NCBI GenBank assembly: GCA_019828565.1
Contig: JAHDYR010000017.1
Coordinates: forward strand, 249,361 to 313,360
DNA length: 64,000 bases
Direction: 5' to 3'
DNA from: Carpediemonas membranifera BICM
Taxonomy: Eukaryota; Protista; Fornicata
Under the pieces are notes generated by a model that was not told where the DNA came from, searched no databases, and worked only from the letters and a program-made list of their open reading frames with translations. The position numbers and the translations under genes are program-made. Of this stretch, positions 46,401-57,321 are shown in pieces. Every line of letters begins with the position of its first letter. Position 1 is the stretch's first letter.

Positions 46401-46733
46401 CTCGTGTCGAAGTGCGTCGCCACAGTCCACGCAGACCGACTCGTCACATTCCACGCCGACGGCCTCACGGAGAAGGAGCTCGAGGAAATTGCCGCCTACG
46501 AGCAAGATGAACAACCCGTGGAGGCAGTCGTAGGCCACCGTAAGAAGAAGAACGGCTCTCTGGAGCTACTGATCCGTTGGGAAGGCCTCACCCCCGACGA
46601 GGACTCATACATCCCCTATAATCGCTACTACGACCAGCTCGAGGCTATCGACAGTTATCTCGAGCTCAATCCTGGTCTCAAGCCGATGTTTGAGAGTGCT
46701 AAGAAGAAGTTCCGCAGGAGCGGTCGCCGTTAG
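43435..46733 (+). CDS. pol: Pol: protease, RT, RNase H, integrase, chromodomain (frameshifts near 45490 and 46370)
   Basis: KFDIGA; LDLRSGYWQ, PFGLKNAP, YIDD; LETDAS; H..GH..CPIC, VDTIGP, SDQG, VERLN; VEAVVGHR..LLIRWEG. Confidence 0.95.
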
Positions 46734-46829
46734 TCGTGCGACACGCATTGGGAGGGAAGTGTGCCCTTAACCTGCGGAATTCGTAAAACAGTCTTTATCA
46801 TATTTCTGGGCCCTAGCACGGCACAGGTC

Positions 46830-48912
46830 GCTGAGGTGGCTCGTGGTCCTTGGCGGTTCTCTGATGTCGTACCGTTCTCCCTTGATTTTCTTTCTGGCCA
46901 GGTGGGGCCAGTTAGCCATGAACAGCACAAACAGTGTCGGTGCCAGGACGCACCCTTGCTTAACTCCCCTGTTGGTTCTTTCCCATGCCTTTGCCCCCTT
47001 GACTGATATCCAGGTTTCCTTTATTGTGCCTTGAATTGCCCTGATCAAGTGCTCCTCCACCCCCATACCCTGTAGCTTATCCATGAGAATGTCCCTTGGT
47101 ACCGTGTCATATGCCTTCTCGATGTCCAGAAAGATTGACGTGGTCTCACCCCCTCCTGGTGCCGCTGCACAATGTACTGTATCTGCTGGATGACGTCCCT
47201 GTCTGACTGGAAACCAGCCTGTTCTCTTGGTATGAACCTTTTCGTTGCTGCTTCCAGACGTATCTTGAGCAATCTACCATAGACCCTGTACAGCAGTGGT
47301 GTCAAGGATATTGGTCTATATGATTCCGGCTTGACCCTTGGCTTCCCTGTCTTGTGTATGGCCGACACTGTGGCATACTTCCATGCTTTGGGTACGTCGC
47401 CCTCCCTGTAGACCCTGTTGATGAGCCTCGTCACTTCCCTAAGGCCTTTCTCATCCAGCTCTCTCAGCATGTCTCCAGATGTGAGGTCAGGCCCTGGTGC
47501 GGTGTCCCTCCTGATCCTTTTGATTGCGGCTTTGACCTCGCTTTCCTTGAACTCATTTCCGTCCCTGCCCCTCCATGTCTTCCAGGTGGGTTCCCTGCCT
47601 CTGCTGACTCTAGCATACTGTTGCAAGAGGATCTCGCTGATGGCCGCCTTGTCCGTGGTTATCACTCCGTCCTTGAGGAGGCTCTCCGGCATTCCCTTGT
47701 ATTGGTTGTCACACCACCACCTTCTGATGGCAGCTTCCACTGAGGCCCTTGAGGCCCTATACCCCCCTTTGCACTTCTGCTGATGTCGGCCACCCATTTG
47801 GCCCTGCGCTCTCCCCAGTATTTCTCCAGCTCCTCTTTCATCCTTTCCTTCCTGGTCCTGTTGCCTATTTCTGTCCATGGGGTTCGCTGGAGTTCGCTCC
47901 ACACTCCGTTCCCGAACACTTTGTCCCTTGCCTTTGCTCCCCTGTTGTTCACTGGGTCGCCCATGCATGCTCTTATAGTCTCTTCCCATTGGTCCGAGCT
48001 CTTGATCCTGTTCAGCTTTGAGACTGTGACTGGCCCCTCCTTCTTTTTCATGGGCCAGGTGTGCACCTCGGGTATGGCCAGAGCCACGTCTCGCTCACTT
48101 CTGCCATAGTACCGTTGTTCCTTCCATGCTAGTGTGATTCCATTGTGTGCTGAGCCCCATACCCCGACCTTCTGAGACTCTACCACCTCAATCTCCGCCC
48201 CCTGGATTCCTGGTGTTGTCACTGCAAAGTCCGGGGTTGATGTTCCTGATGTGAGCGTCCCAGACTTGGGTATGATGGCTTTGAGCCTGTGCTTCTCCAT
48301 CATATCCTTCCACCGGGTGGATCTTTCCATCTGGCCTGGGTCGATGTTCCAGTCTCCCATAATTATGGCCTCCATGCTCCCTTTCATGTCCATGATCTTC
48401 TGTATAGTGTCCCTGAATCCATCCTTCTCCTGCTTGCTGTGGCCGGATGGAGGGCCATACACGTTGATGACTAGTATGTCCCTGCCGGTTCTCATTATGC
48501 TGGCTTGCACTCTTCCCGATAGGCTGTCCGTTATGCCGATGTCCCACTTTGCAGTTGCGTGTGGGCTCACTATCGTGCCGATGCCTTCCCTTGTTCCCTT
48601 CCATCTTGGCGCAGGTTCGTCATTGCCTGCTATGCCTAGTTGTCGGTTGATGCGGTGCTGACTTTTGACATCCGCCTTTCGTTTTTCGTTGGCTAAGACC
48701 AGGTCCTCTTCCGTCTCCCTCCCTGCTAGTGCGTAGTCAAGGTCCATGAAGCAATGAACCCTCGTATTCGCCGTTCTCCATGTCTCTTGTATGAGTACTG
48801 CCTCTATGTCCTTCAACCTTAGCTGAATCGCCGTTGCCATAGACGCCGTGAAGTCCTTTCCTCTTCCTATGTGTCCCTCTGTGTTCAGACTAAGTATCTT
48901 GTAGGTTACCAT
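46830..48912 (-). CDS. LINE-C ORF2 N-terminal part (AP endonuclease and RT domains up to motif B)
   Basis: KILSLN, LIQET, INVYGP, GDWN, PDF, GSAH; PGPD, YRPISL, QAGF, GVKQGCVLAP. Confidence 0.92.
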
Positions 48913-49345
48913 TGCCTTTGTCCTGTTTCCTTATCCTGCGAATTCCCAGAATTTGGGAGCCCCAGCTTCCCGCTCCTCTCCTGCTATCCTTGTCCTAACA
49001 AGGGGCCTAGATGCCGGTCTCGGTGACCCTTGTCAGGCCAACCTTGTTACCACCTGGTGACCTTCCATTCTTCGGGCAGGGTACTTATGAGGGGGACGAT
49101 ATGACGTGACCCCCCCTTTGGCTGCCGCTACAGCCTACCGGCAGTGCATTTCAGCTAATGCCGGGCCCTGGGTGGGAGCCAGGGCTTGTGAATTATAAAG
49201 AAAATGTTGCTTGTTCCTTGAAAGAATACTGCTTTACCATGTCCTTACTCCTCCTCCGTGGACTCCCCACTGCCGCTGCAGCTGTCCTCGGTCTGACTCA
49301 CTTGCTGTCCTTGTAGACTCTGCATTACCATGATGAACTGGGTCA

Positions 49346-52147
49346 TCAGGCCATGGGTGAGATCTGCTTGGCCTTCTTAGCCTTCTTGTGCTTGTGCCGG
49401 GGGATCGTGGGCTTCTCCTTGCTGGGCTTAGTCGCGACGCCGGAGAGCACCAACCTTCCGTGGCCTTGCTCTTGCATGAGTCGGGCAGCCTTGAGCGCTG
49501 AGATCTCTTGTTGCGCCTCTGCCAACTGCTTTCGGAGCCGCAGCTTCTCCGAGTCCATGCCGGTTGCCTGTCTGCTTCCAGACTCCCAGTCCGTGTCCTC
49601 TTCGTGCCTGCTTCTCTTTCCGCTGTCCGAGTCCATGATTCTACTCGTGCTGCCCTCCTTGCGCTTGAGCGTCGTGGAGGAAGAGTGATCCTTGCTGTTG
49701 TCCATGCCTCCCTCTGAGCCTCTACCGGCCCAGGTGTTCCCGCTGAACGAGCCTCTCATCTGCGTTCCCGTGTTGTCCTGTCTCTCCCTGTCGTCTCCTC
49801 CGTGGTTACGATCCGAGGTCCTGTTCATGTTACCAGCTCTGTCGCCGGTTCTGTCGTCAGCTCTGACACCAGCTCTACCGCCGGCTCCGTGTCCTACCCT
49901 TCTGTCCTCTTCCCTGTCTCCATGCTGGTCGTGATGTCCTTGATCCGCGTCCTGGCCGAAGTGCCTGCCCACCATCCTGGTGCTAATCCGCCTCGCCTTT
50001 TCCTCCAGGCCGTTGTCGAAGAACCTACTTTGGTATGGCTGTTCGGACTTTCCGTCGATGGTGGGGACATACGTGATGCCTGGGACATTGACTGTGTTGG
50101 CTCTGGGCTCGTCCGGGATAGCTGCCGAGACTAGTCTGGCCCCTTCCTTGCGCATGCGGCTTAGGATGGTCCCAGCCTCGCTGACCCTGACCATGCCCCC
50201 AGTCTCTCGGGATGAAGCTCGCCCCTAGGGTGATCCTACCCCTGTTCCTGGGGGCCTTGACGTTGACTATGACCTTCTCATAGTCCCTGAGGCTCTCTGC
50301 TAGGTCGTCGCAGCCCCAGACGCCTTGATGAGCCGTAGCCTCCTTCGAGGGCCACCACTCGTATAGCATGGCCATGGTTATGATGTCCTCCTCCCTTGCT
50401 GCCCCTAGGCCCTTCCTGACGCGTACCATGCGGAGCTGGTTAGCCGTGGCTCTTTCCATGATGGTCCATAGCGGGCTTCTCTCCAGTACACCTTCGTTGT
50501 CCATGATTGTGAGGGGGGGCCAGTAAGATGCCCTTCATGCCCAACAGAACCTCCCCGAACCCGAAGCCGATGCCGAAGCGGTGTCCGTTGTCCGGGACTA
50601 CGAGGATCCTGTCGCCGACTTCCCTGCTGACGTCCCTTGCGTCCCCGATCGGGTACGTGCCGAAGATCTCAAAGGTGTCCCTCCTTGTCGCGAATTCCGG
50701 GCCTCCCATGATATCCATGCCCGGCTCCGCCTTCCCGACTGCTTCCATGGTCTTGTCGAGTGCCTTACCCATGTAGTGGTAGACGTCTGGGGTGCTCATC
50801 CTCTCCTTGCATAGGGCCCTGATCCTGGCTGTGAAGACTACTGTATCCGCCAACCCACAGTGGTAGCAACCCGCGGTGTGTCTGTGGTACGGACAGACTC
50901 CCTTGGGCTCGCTCCTGTTCTGCCATCCATTTGACCATGTTGTTACTGCTTCCAGGTAGTTGGCCTTGTCGAGGTTGTCCCTGAGGTTTTGGCCAGCCTC
51001 CTCCCTTGCCGTTGTTCTCCAGGATCTCTGGTAGCTTCTTCTCGTCCACCAGCCTAGCTTGGAAGAATTCCCTGGTTCCTTGCTCCAGTCCATTTGTGGG
51101 GTTCGTGAGGAGGAAGCTTTCCATCTCCACCCCCTTTGCATACATGATTATCTTCCAACCCTCCGACCTTTCGATCCTTGCCAGCTGAGCCGCCAGGCGG
51201 TTGGCCCAGTCCCTGAAAGTATGTATGTGCTTCTCATACTCGATCGGCGGCCGCCCCGTCCCGACCTCCACGAAGGTGGCCGGCGGCAGCCCCGTCACTG
51301 CCCATGCCGTGTACCTCGCTTGGTCCATGCTTGCTGCCGGTATGTCCTGGTAATACAGGCCATGCCCGTGTCCAAGAATGTCCCCAGTGCTGAGGTCAAA
51401 GAGTACGATCCCGCCCTCAACCGGGATGGCAGGGATCCCTGCCTTCTTGACGCCAGGGTCTGCGCACTCGAAGTCGATGGCTCCGATCACCAGTCGTTTC
51501 TCCTTGTCCTTTCTAGGCATCCTCGGCGGCTGGCTGCTGACCTTGTTTGAGTCGACCTCCCTCGTCCTGGTCGATCTTGCCTTGGTTGGCCCCGACCATG
51601 TCCTTGTTCACTTCCAGGAGGCTGTCGTCGAGGCTTCTTCTGCCGGGCATGGTGGCCTGCTGGCGTCGTTCCTCCTTGTCCTTGACATGTTGCTCCTCGT
51701 CTCCGTCGATGACCGTGCTAGCGGACTACCTGTCCAGATCGGCATGTTCGTCCCTATTGCTGCGGACCGAGGTGGCCTTGAGCACTTCCAGCCTCACCTT
51801 CCGGAACGGCGGCTCGTTGCTAAGGGGGTCTCCTCCCCTTCGCCCAGGATATTGGTTCTGCCCTTCAGGTAGATCCCTGACTTGTTCCATGCTGCCTGCC
51901 ATATGGCCGGGGCCTCCGGTGCCTGAAGCCTGAGGATGTCCCTAGCCTCCTCCATGAAGCGGCTGATGGACCATGCTGACGTGTCGCTTAGCTCTAGGAT
52001 GACCCTGTACTTGCCGTCCTCTTGCTCGTAGGCCACTCTGGTGACCGGGCCTTGGTTTGCCGGATCCCATACCTTGTCGTAAGGCACGCCTTCTACGGCC
52101 TCGTCTCCATGAGCCCCTGATACCAGTATGAACGACCCTTCGGCCTA
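49346..52147 (-). CDS. LINE-C ORF1 region (frameshifted) including the MAEL/arenavirus-type DEDDh domain at ~50815-51500
   Basis: GAIDFE..PVEGG..GLPPATFVEV..YAKGVEME..LVD..CPYH..YHCGLAD; C-terminal low-complexity and coiled-coil segment. Confidence 0.75.
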
Positions 52148-53346
52148 CCCAGGTCCGCAAGGTCGTCGACAGGCGACGCTCCTCACCGAAAGCGTTCCAG
52201 GTAGCGCTGTTCGCTGCACTTACATTCATCTCAGTCAGCCGGGGAGGCGAGATCTTCGGCCTGACGAGAGGCGACATCTCTTTCGATGAACAGGGCAACG
52301 CTATGCTCTGGTTCCCCCGCACCAAGACGGCCACGGGCATCCATAAGCTTATTCCTAACAGGTCATGGGACCGCTTCAACCCGGCAAGAGCCCTCAAGGC
52401 CTGGGTCCCAACTGCGACGCGACACAATTCCGACTCGATCTGGCGCATGATCGGTCCATCGGGAGGCATATCACTCACGTGTCCACTTGCAGCGTCCACC
52501 CTCCGCACATGGATCCACAGCGCCTTCGGCCAGAGCGTTTCATGGCACTCCTTCCGCAAGGGGGCAGCTACTGAGCTGGCAGTGGCCAACACAAACACGG
52601 AGGTCCTCCTTTCAATGGGCACGTGGTCATCTACGAAGAGCATGCTGAGGTACATGGGTAACGGGGTACGCACCCATCCAGGGGTCCAGGGTCACCTGGC
52701 CTCAATTCTACTACAACCACCACTCTAAATCACGACGGGAGTCGTGGGGCAGTGACGATTAGCACGGTACCGACATTCTTGGACGCGAACCCACGAGGGG
52801 TTGGTCGGGGGGCCCACTTGCGTGCCTGTGGGCCAACCATTGTTAGCATGTTGCCGGCGGGATATCCCCGTTGGTTAATGAAAAGAATGTCATGAGGCTA
52901 GGATAGCTAGCTGGCACCACATCAGGTGTCTGAGATTTATCACCTCGGGTGATGGGTTTTGGCGCAATGTGCAGGATAAGGACAATGCCAGAAGAGTTGT
53001 CGCTAGCAGCGACGGCGCCAGGACCGACGCTGGTCAAGGCCAGTGTACCTGCTCGTCAGGTAAGGCGAGCCAGTTCGACTTACCCAGAGAATGCCAGGTG
53101 GCGGTAAGTCCCGAATATTTACATAGCAAACCAGGGGTTTCTTGTAAATATTCTTCCCCCGTTGGAAAGACGTCGTATGTCATAAGGCTTGGTTATCAAG
53201 CATGTTAGTTGGCCATGTTATTGGCGCTACATCGTCAGTAAGGTTACCTCGGGTAACGGGCCCGGAGCGGAGGGCGATGCGATAGCCTCACTCCGGGCAA
53301 AAGGTGTTTCGCCGGTCAGGCGAGTCACGCAGTTTATGCGGACAGA

Positions 53347-56300
53347 ATGGCGCAAGGTTCGGATCCGCCGGATCCGACGGCAACACGCTTAGATAAGCTA
53401 GAAGCTTCAATCAATTCCATGTCCGAAGCCCTGAACAGGCTTGCTCCTCCGCCTCCGCCAGAGAAAGAACCTGACGACGAAATGCTCGAAAGTTCCACCG
53501 TTGCTAGGTTCAATACCTCCGAATCGTTGGAGGAGGACACGATGGAGGACATAGATGCAACTCTGGCAGAGATGGACACCTTCTCGGAGTTACCAAGCAA
53601 GAGACCTCTCAAGGCAGAAGCGAAGTGGCTTCAACGCGTTGTCGTGATCACTAGTGCTCTCCCAGATTCCGCGACGAAACAACGTCTTCTTCTCGAACTA
53701 CAGGCTCGTAGAATGGTCCTAGACCTCAAAGATGATAACTGGTCCGATGCCACGACCGAGCTGTTTCAGGACCTCTTCAACAGCACAGAAAGCAAGAGCA
53801 GCCGCACCATCGCTTACTGCGCAGCGAAGGCCCGCTCTAAGGGCAGGCGTAAGGACACCAGCGGTAACATGGGGGGTTTCACAAGAAGAAGAGAACATAA
53901 CAACCTCTGTTCATCAATTCCCGTCGATGAACGCGAGGTGGTGGTTATGGGAAAGGCTCGGCGCCTCGGACGAGGTGGTCGGCTGGCTCCGTCACGGCGT
54001 ACCTATCAAGCTAACAGGCACTCCCCCGCCACCCACGCCACAACGGCGCCTGGACCCACGGCTCACCCCAAAGCTCGACGAGATGGTCCGACTTGGCGTG
54101 ATCTCACCCTGTACCAGCGGGCAACTCCGGCACAGTGCCCCGCTCTTCGCGGTTGCAAAGGGCGAGCACGATGTCCGCCCGGTACACGACCTACGCGACC
54201 TCAACGCAATCACTGCGGAGACGCGGGTCTTCCGGCTCTTCGGCCTAAAACGAGCAGTGCGCAACCTCAAGCGCAACGACTTCATGCTCAAGATCGACTT
54301 AGCCTCCGGCTACCACCAGATGGGTGTGGCTCCGACCGACTCCACGCTACTGGGGATCGTCCTCCCGAACGGGCAGGCGTACAGATACAACACACTAGGG
54401 TTCGGCTGGACCGCTGCCCCGTTCGTGTTCCAGTCTACGTCCATCCAGCTAGCAAAGATACTCGCGAACCGCTTCAACGTGACAATAGCGGTGTACCTCG
54501 ACGACTTTCTCATCTCACATCGGTCACGTCGCCACCTAGCAGACGCCGCTCCCCAAATAGTCGCGCTCATGAGGTCGCTGGGAGCTATCCCAGGGCTCAA
54601 CAAGTGCATCCTAACTCCCACACAACGCCTGGAGTACCTAGGAGTCACCATCAACACAGCCGCCGAGACACTGCAGATTTCCAAGGACAGAGCCGATCGC
54701 TATGCAACATCAATCGAGCAGGCCCTCAGGGCCGGCAGGATCGATGCAACCGAGTGGCAACGCCTACTAGGCCGCCTCTCGTTCTTCGCAAGTACGACAC
54801 AGTTCGCCAGGCTCCAGCTCAGATCACTCCAGGCCCTACATCCCGCCCCGACGCTTCACATCTCGCAGCAGATGCGTCGCCAGCTCAACAGCTGGCTAGC
54901 GCTGCTCAGAGATCGTCCATCCAGACCCTTCGCTCAGGCCAGGGCAGACTGGGAGATCAAGGACGAACTCCAGCTCTCGGTCGCATCCGACGCGTCCTCC
55001 TTCGCGTGGGGCGCCTGCCTATTCAACGGCGACCAGGGCCGCTCGGCTCAAGGCCGCTTTCCTCCCGAGTTCCGAGACTCTCATATCGGAGTCAAGGAGC
55101 TCTACGCGATTGGCCAGGCTATCAAGCTCACCCCAACCCAGCGCACCAGGACCCAACTAGCTATCTTTTCGGACAACACCGCGGCCATCGCATGGGTCAA
55201 CCGCCAGGGCTCCCCATGTCTCGCCGACACGGCCATTCGACTCCTGCAGGATATCTTCACCACGGCGAACACGAAGAATGTCGATATTCACTGCTTCCAT
55301 ATCGCAGGGCACCTCAATGTCCAGGCGGACCGGCTGTCGAGATTCGCAAAGCTCGATTGGCACTCACCCCGCGAGGTACTCGAGACGATAATGGCCAAGT
55401 GGGGTCCGGCGGAGATAGACGTCACTGCATCTCCGGACAAGAAGCTCGCACTGCCAGGATTCGTCAGGAAAGCTTGGTCCCTCGACGATCACGGCTTCCA
55501 GCGCTCCTGGACCGGCGCCAGGATCTATCTGGCTCCGCCGACAGCGCTTTTGGGAGCGGCACATCGTCGTCTGGAGAAGATTCGGACGCCTCAGACCCCG
55601 ACTACGTCCCCTCGGACGTGGAGGTCAGCGGCAATACTCCTCTTCCCCGATCTCAACTCACCCGAAGTCAGAGCGCTGAAACGGCTGTCCCAACACAAGA
55701 TGTATCTCAGAGTCCACTCCTCGCACATGCTCAACACGGAGCTATCCTGGACCGAGAGGCAAGGAAAGATCAGAATGATTGCGATGATCGTCAAGACCCG
55801 TTCGACGAACTCCTCCGCCACGACAGGCTATCTCACTTCCGAAACGAGTCATCGCGCCGCTCAGCGGCTGGCTGGGTCTCTAAGTTCGTCCTATCGCGAC
55901 AGGCAGCCCTCTCCGACGCCGAACAACTCAGAGCATTCCTCCTCGCCGAGGGCGAGACCACTGGCCCGCAGAGTATCCACAGAAAGGGCTACTGGATCTG
56001 TCAAGCGGCTCCACTCGTCTCCAACTGGCGACCTCCGCCAGAAGCCAGGCAGATCATCAAGAGTGCGGAGAACGTAGCATCTCTCGACGGCCTAACAGGA
56101 GGCGCACTACCGGTGACCAGAGCCCAGGTCCGCAAGGTCGTCGACAGGCGACGCTCCTCACCGAAAGCGTTCCAGGTAGCGCTGTTCGCTGCACTTACAT
56201 TCATCTCAGTCAGCCGGGGAGGCGAGATCTTCGGCCTGACGAGAGGCGACATCTCTTTCGATGAACAGGGCAACGCTATGCTCTGGTTCCCCCGCACCAA

Positions 56301-56703
56301 GACGGCCACGGGCATCCATAAGCTTATTCCTAACAGGTCATGGGACCGCTTCAACCCGGCAAGAGCCCTCAAGGCCTGGGTCCCAACTGCGACGCGACAC
56401 AATTCCGACTCGATCTGGCGCATGATCGGTCCATCGGGAGGCATATCACTCACGTGTCCACTTGCAGCGTCCACCCTCCGCACATGGATCCACAGCGCCT
56501 TCGGCCAGAGCGTTTCATGGCACTCCTTCCGCAAGGGGGCAGCTACTGAGCTGGCAGTGGCCAACACAAACACGGAGGTCCTCCTTTCAATGGGCACGTG
56601 GTCATCTACGAAGAGCATGCTGAGGTACATGGGTAACGGGGTACGCACCCATCCAGGGGTCCAGGGTCACCTGGCCTCAATTCTACTACAACCACCACTC
56701 TAA
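53347..56703 (+). CDS. 1118-aa ORF: gag-like N-terminus continuous with a C-terminal tyrosine recombinase
   Basis: SRGGEI, RTKT, HSFRKGAA, GTW and LRY give the R-K-H-R-W-Y catalytic set. Confidence 0.85.
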   Translation: MAQGSDPPDPTATRLDKLEASINSMSEALNRLAPPPPPEKEPDDEMLESSTVARFNTSESLEEDTMEDIDATLAEMDTFSELPSKRPLKAEAKWLQRVVVITSALPDSATKQRLLLELQARRMVLDLKDDNWSDATTELFQDLFNSTESKSSRTIAYCAAKARSKGRRKDTSGNMGGFTRRREHNNLCSSIPVDEREVVVMGKARRLGRGGRLAPSRRTYQANRHSPATHATTAPGPTAHPKARRDGPTWRDLTLYQRATPAQCPALRGCKGRARCPPGTRPTRPQRNHCGDAGLPALRPKTSSAQPQAQRLHAQDRLSLRLPPDGCGSDRLHATGDRPPERAGVQIQHTRVRLDRCPVRVPVYVHPASKDTREPLQRDNSGVPRRLSHLTSVTSPPSRRRSPNSRAHEVAGSYPRAQQVHPNSHTTPGVPRSHHQHSRRDTADFQGQSRSLCNINRAGPQGRQDRCNRVATPTRPPLVLRKYDTVRQAPAQITPGPTSRPDASHLAADASPAQQLASAAQRSSIQTLRSGQGRLGDQGRTPALGRIRRVLLRVGRLPIQRRPGPLGSRPLSSRVPRLSYRSQGALRDWPGYQAHPNPAHQDPTSYLFGQHRGHRMGQPPGLPMSRRHGHSTPAGYLHHGEHEECRYSLLPYRRAPQCPGGPAVEIRKARLALTPRGTRDDNGQVGSGGDRRHCISGQEARTARIRQESLVPRRSRLPALLDRRQDLSGSADSAFGSGTSSSGEDSDASDPDYVPSDVEVSGNTPLPRSQLTRSQSAETAVPTQDVSQSPLLAHAQHGAILDREARKDQNDCDDRQDPFDELLRHDRLSHFRNESSRRSAAGWVSKFVLSRQAALSDAEQLRAFLLAEGETTGPQSIHRKGYWICQAAPLVSNWRPPPEARQIIKSAENVASLDGLTGGALPVTRAQVRKVVDRRRSSPKAFQVALFAALTFISVSRGGEIFGLTRGDISFDEQGNAMLWFPRTKTATGIHKLIPNRSWDRFNPARALKAWVPTATRHNSDSIWRMIGPSGGISLTCPLAASTLRTWIHSAFGQSVSWHSFRKGAATELAVANTNTEVLLSMGTWSSTKSMLRYMGNGVRTHPGVQGHLASILLQPPL
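53732..56077 (+). CDS. RT, RNase H and Dam-like methyltransferase ORF, nested in an alternative frame
   Basis: APLFAVAK, KIDLASGYHQ, LGFGW, YLDD; ASDAS, KEL, FSDN, ADRLSR; DWHSP..IDVTAS..WTGARIYLAPPT. Confidence 0.93.
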   Translation: MITGPMPRPSCFRTSSTAQKARAAAPSLTAQRRPALRAGVRTPAVTWGVSQEEENITTSVHQFPSMNARWWLWERLGASDEVVGWLRHGVPIKLTGTPPPPTPQRRLDPRLTPKLDEMVRLGVISPCTSGQLRHSAPLFAVAKGEHDVRPVHDLRDLNAITAETRVFRLFGLKRAVRNLKRNDFMLKIDLASGYHQMGVAPTDSTLLGIVLPNGQAYRYNTLGFGWTAAPFVFQSTSIQLAKILANRFNVTIAVYLDDFLISHRSRRHLADAAPQIVALMRSLGAIPGLNKCILTPTQRLEYLGVTINTAAETLQISKDRADRYATSIEQALRAGRIDATEWQRLLGRLSFFASTTQFARLQLRSLQALHPAPTLHISQQMRRQLNSWLALLRDRPSRPFAQARADWEIKDELQLSVASDASSFAWGACLFNGDQGRSAQGRFPPEFRDSHIGVKELYAIGQAIKLTPTQRTRTQLAIFSDNTAAIAWVNRQGSPCLADTAIRLLQDIFTTANTKNVDIHCFHIAGHLNVQADRLSRFAKLDWHSPREVLETIMAKWGPAEIDVTASPDKKLALPGFVRKAWSLDDHGFQRSWTGARIYLAPPTALLGAAHRRLEKIRTPQTPTTSPRTWRSAAILLFPDLNSPEVRALKRLSQHKMYLRVHSSHMLNTELSWTERQGKIRMIAMIVKTRSTNSSATTGYLTSETSHRAAQRLAGSLSSSYRDRQPSPTPNNSEHSSSPRARPLARRVSTERATGSVKRLHSSPTGDLRQKPGRSSRVRRT

Positions 56704-57321
56704 ATCACGACGGGAGTCGTGGGGCAGTGACGATTAGCACGGTACCGACATTCTTGGACGCGAACCCACGAGGGGTTGGTCGGGGGGCCCACTTGCGTGC
56801 CTGTGGGCCAACCATTGTTAGCATGTTGCCGGCGGGATATCCCCGTTGGTTAATGAAAAGAATGTCATGAGGCTAGGATAGCTAGCTGGCACCACATCAG
56901 GTGTCTGAGATTTATCACCTCGGGTGATGGGTTTTGGCGCAATGTGCAGGATAAGGACAATGCCAGAAGAGTTGTCGCTAGCAGCGACGGCGCCAGGACC
57001 GACGCTGGTCAAGGCCAGTGTACCTGCTCGTCAGGTAAGGCGAGCCAGTTCGACTTACCCAGAGAATGCCAGGTGGCGGTAAGTCCCGAATATTTACATA
57101 GCAAACCAGGGGTTTCTTGTAAATATTCTTCCCCCGTTGGAAAGACGTCGTATGTCATAAGGCTTGGTTATCAAGCATGTTAGTTGGCCATGTTATTGGC
57201 GCTACATCGTCAGTAAGGTTACCTCGGGTAACGGGCCCGGAGCGGAGGGCGATGCGATAGCCTCACTCCGGGCAAAAGGTGTTTCGCCGGTCAGGCGAGT
57301 CACGCAGTTTATGCGGACAGA

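Larger units (their letters stand above)
41904..46825 (+). mobile_element. Full-length Ty3/gypsy chromovirus, 4,922 bp, with identical 66-bp LTRs
   Basis: LTRs TGTGCC..GGCACA at 41904-41969 and 46760-46825; TSD GGTC (41900-41903, 46826-46829); PPT GGGAGGGAAG at 46750-46759. Confidence 0.97.
31097..52147 (-). mobile_element. LINE-C: third APE-RT non-LTR family, interrupted by a TIR transposon and a gypsy element
   Basis: ORF1 52147-49346; ORF2 48912-46830, 41903-41656 and 33087-~31960. The reading frame rejoins across both insertions (..TSHLSD|RLLAELTMFVDD and YLGLWIASGKD|PMSACIRRK). Outer ends approximate. Confidence 0.88.
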
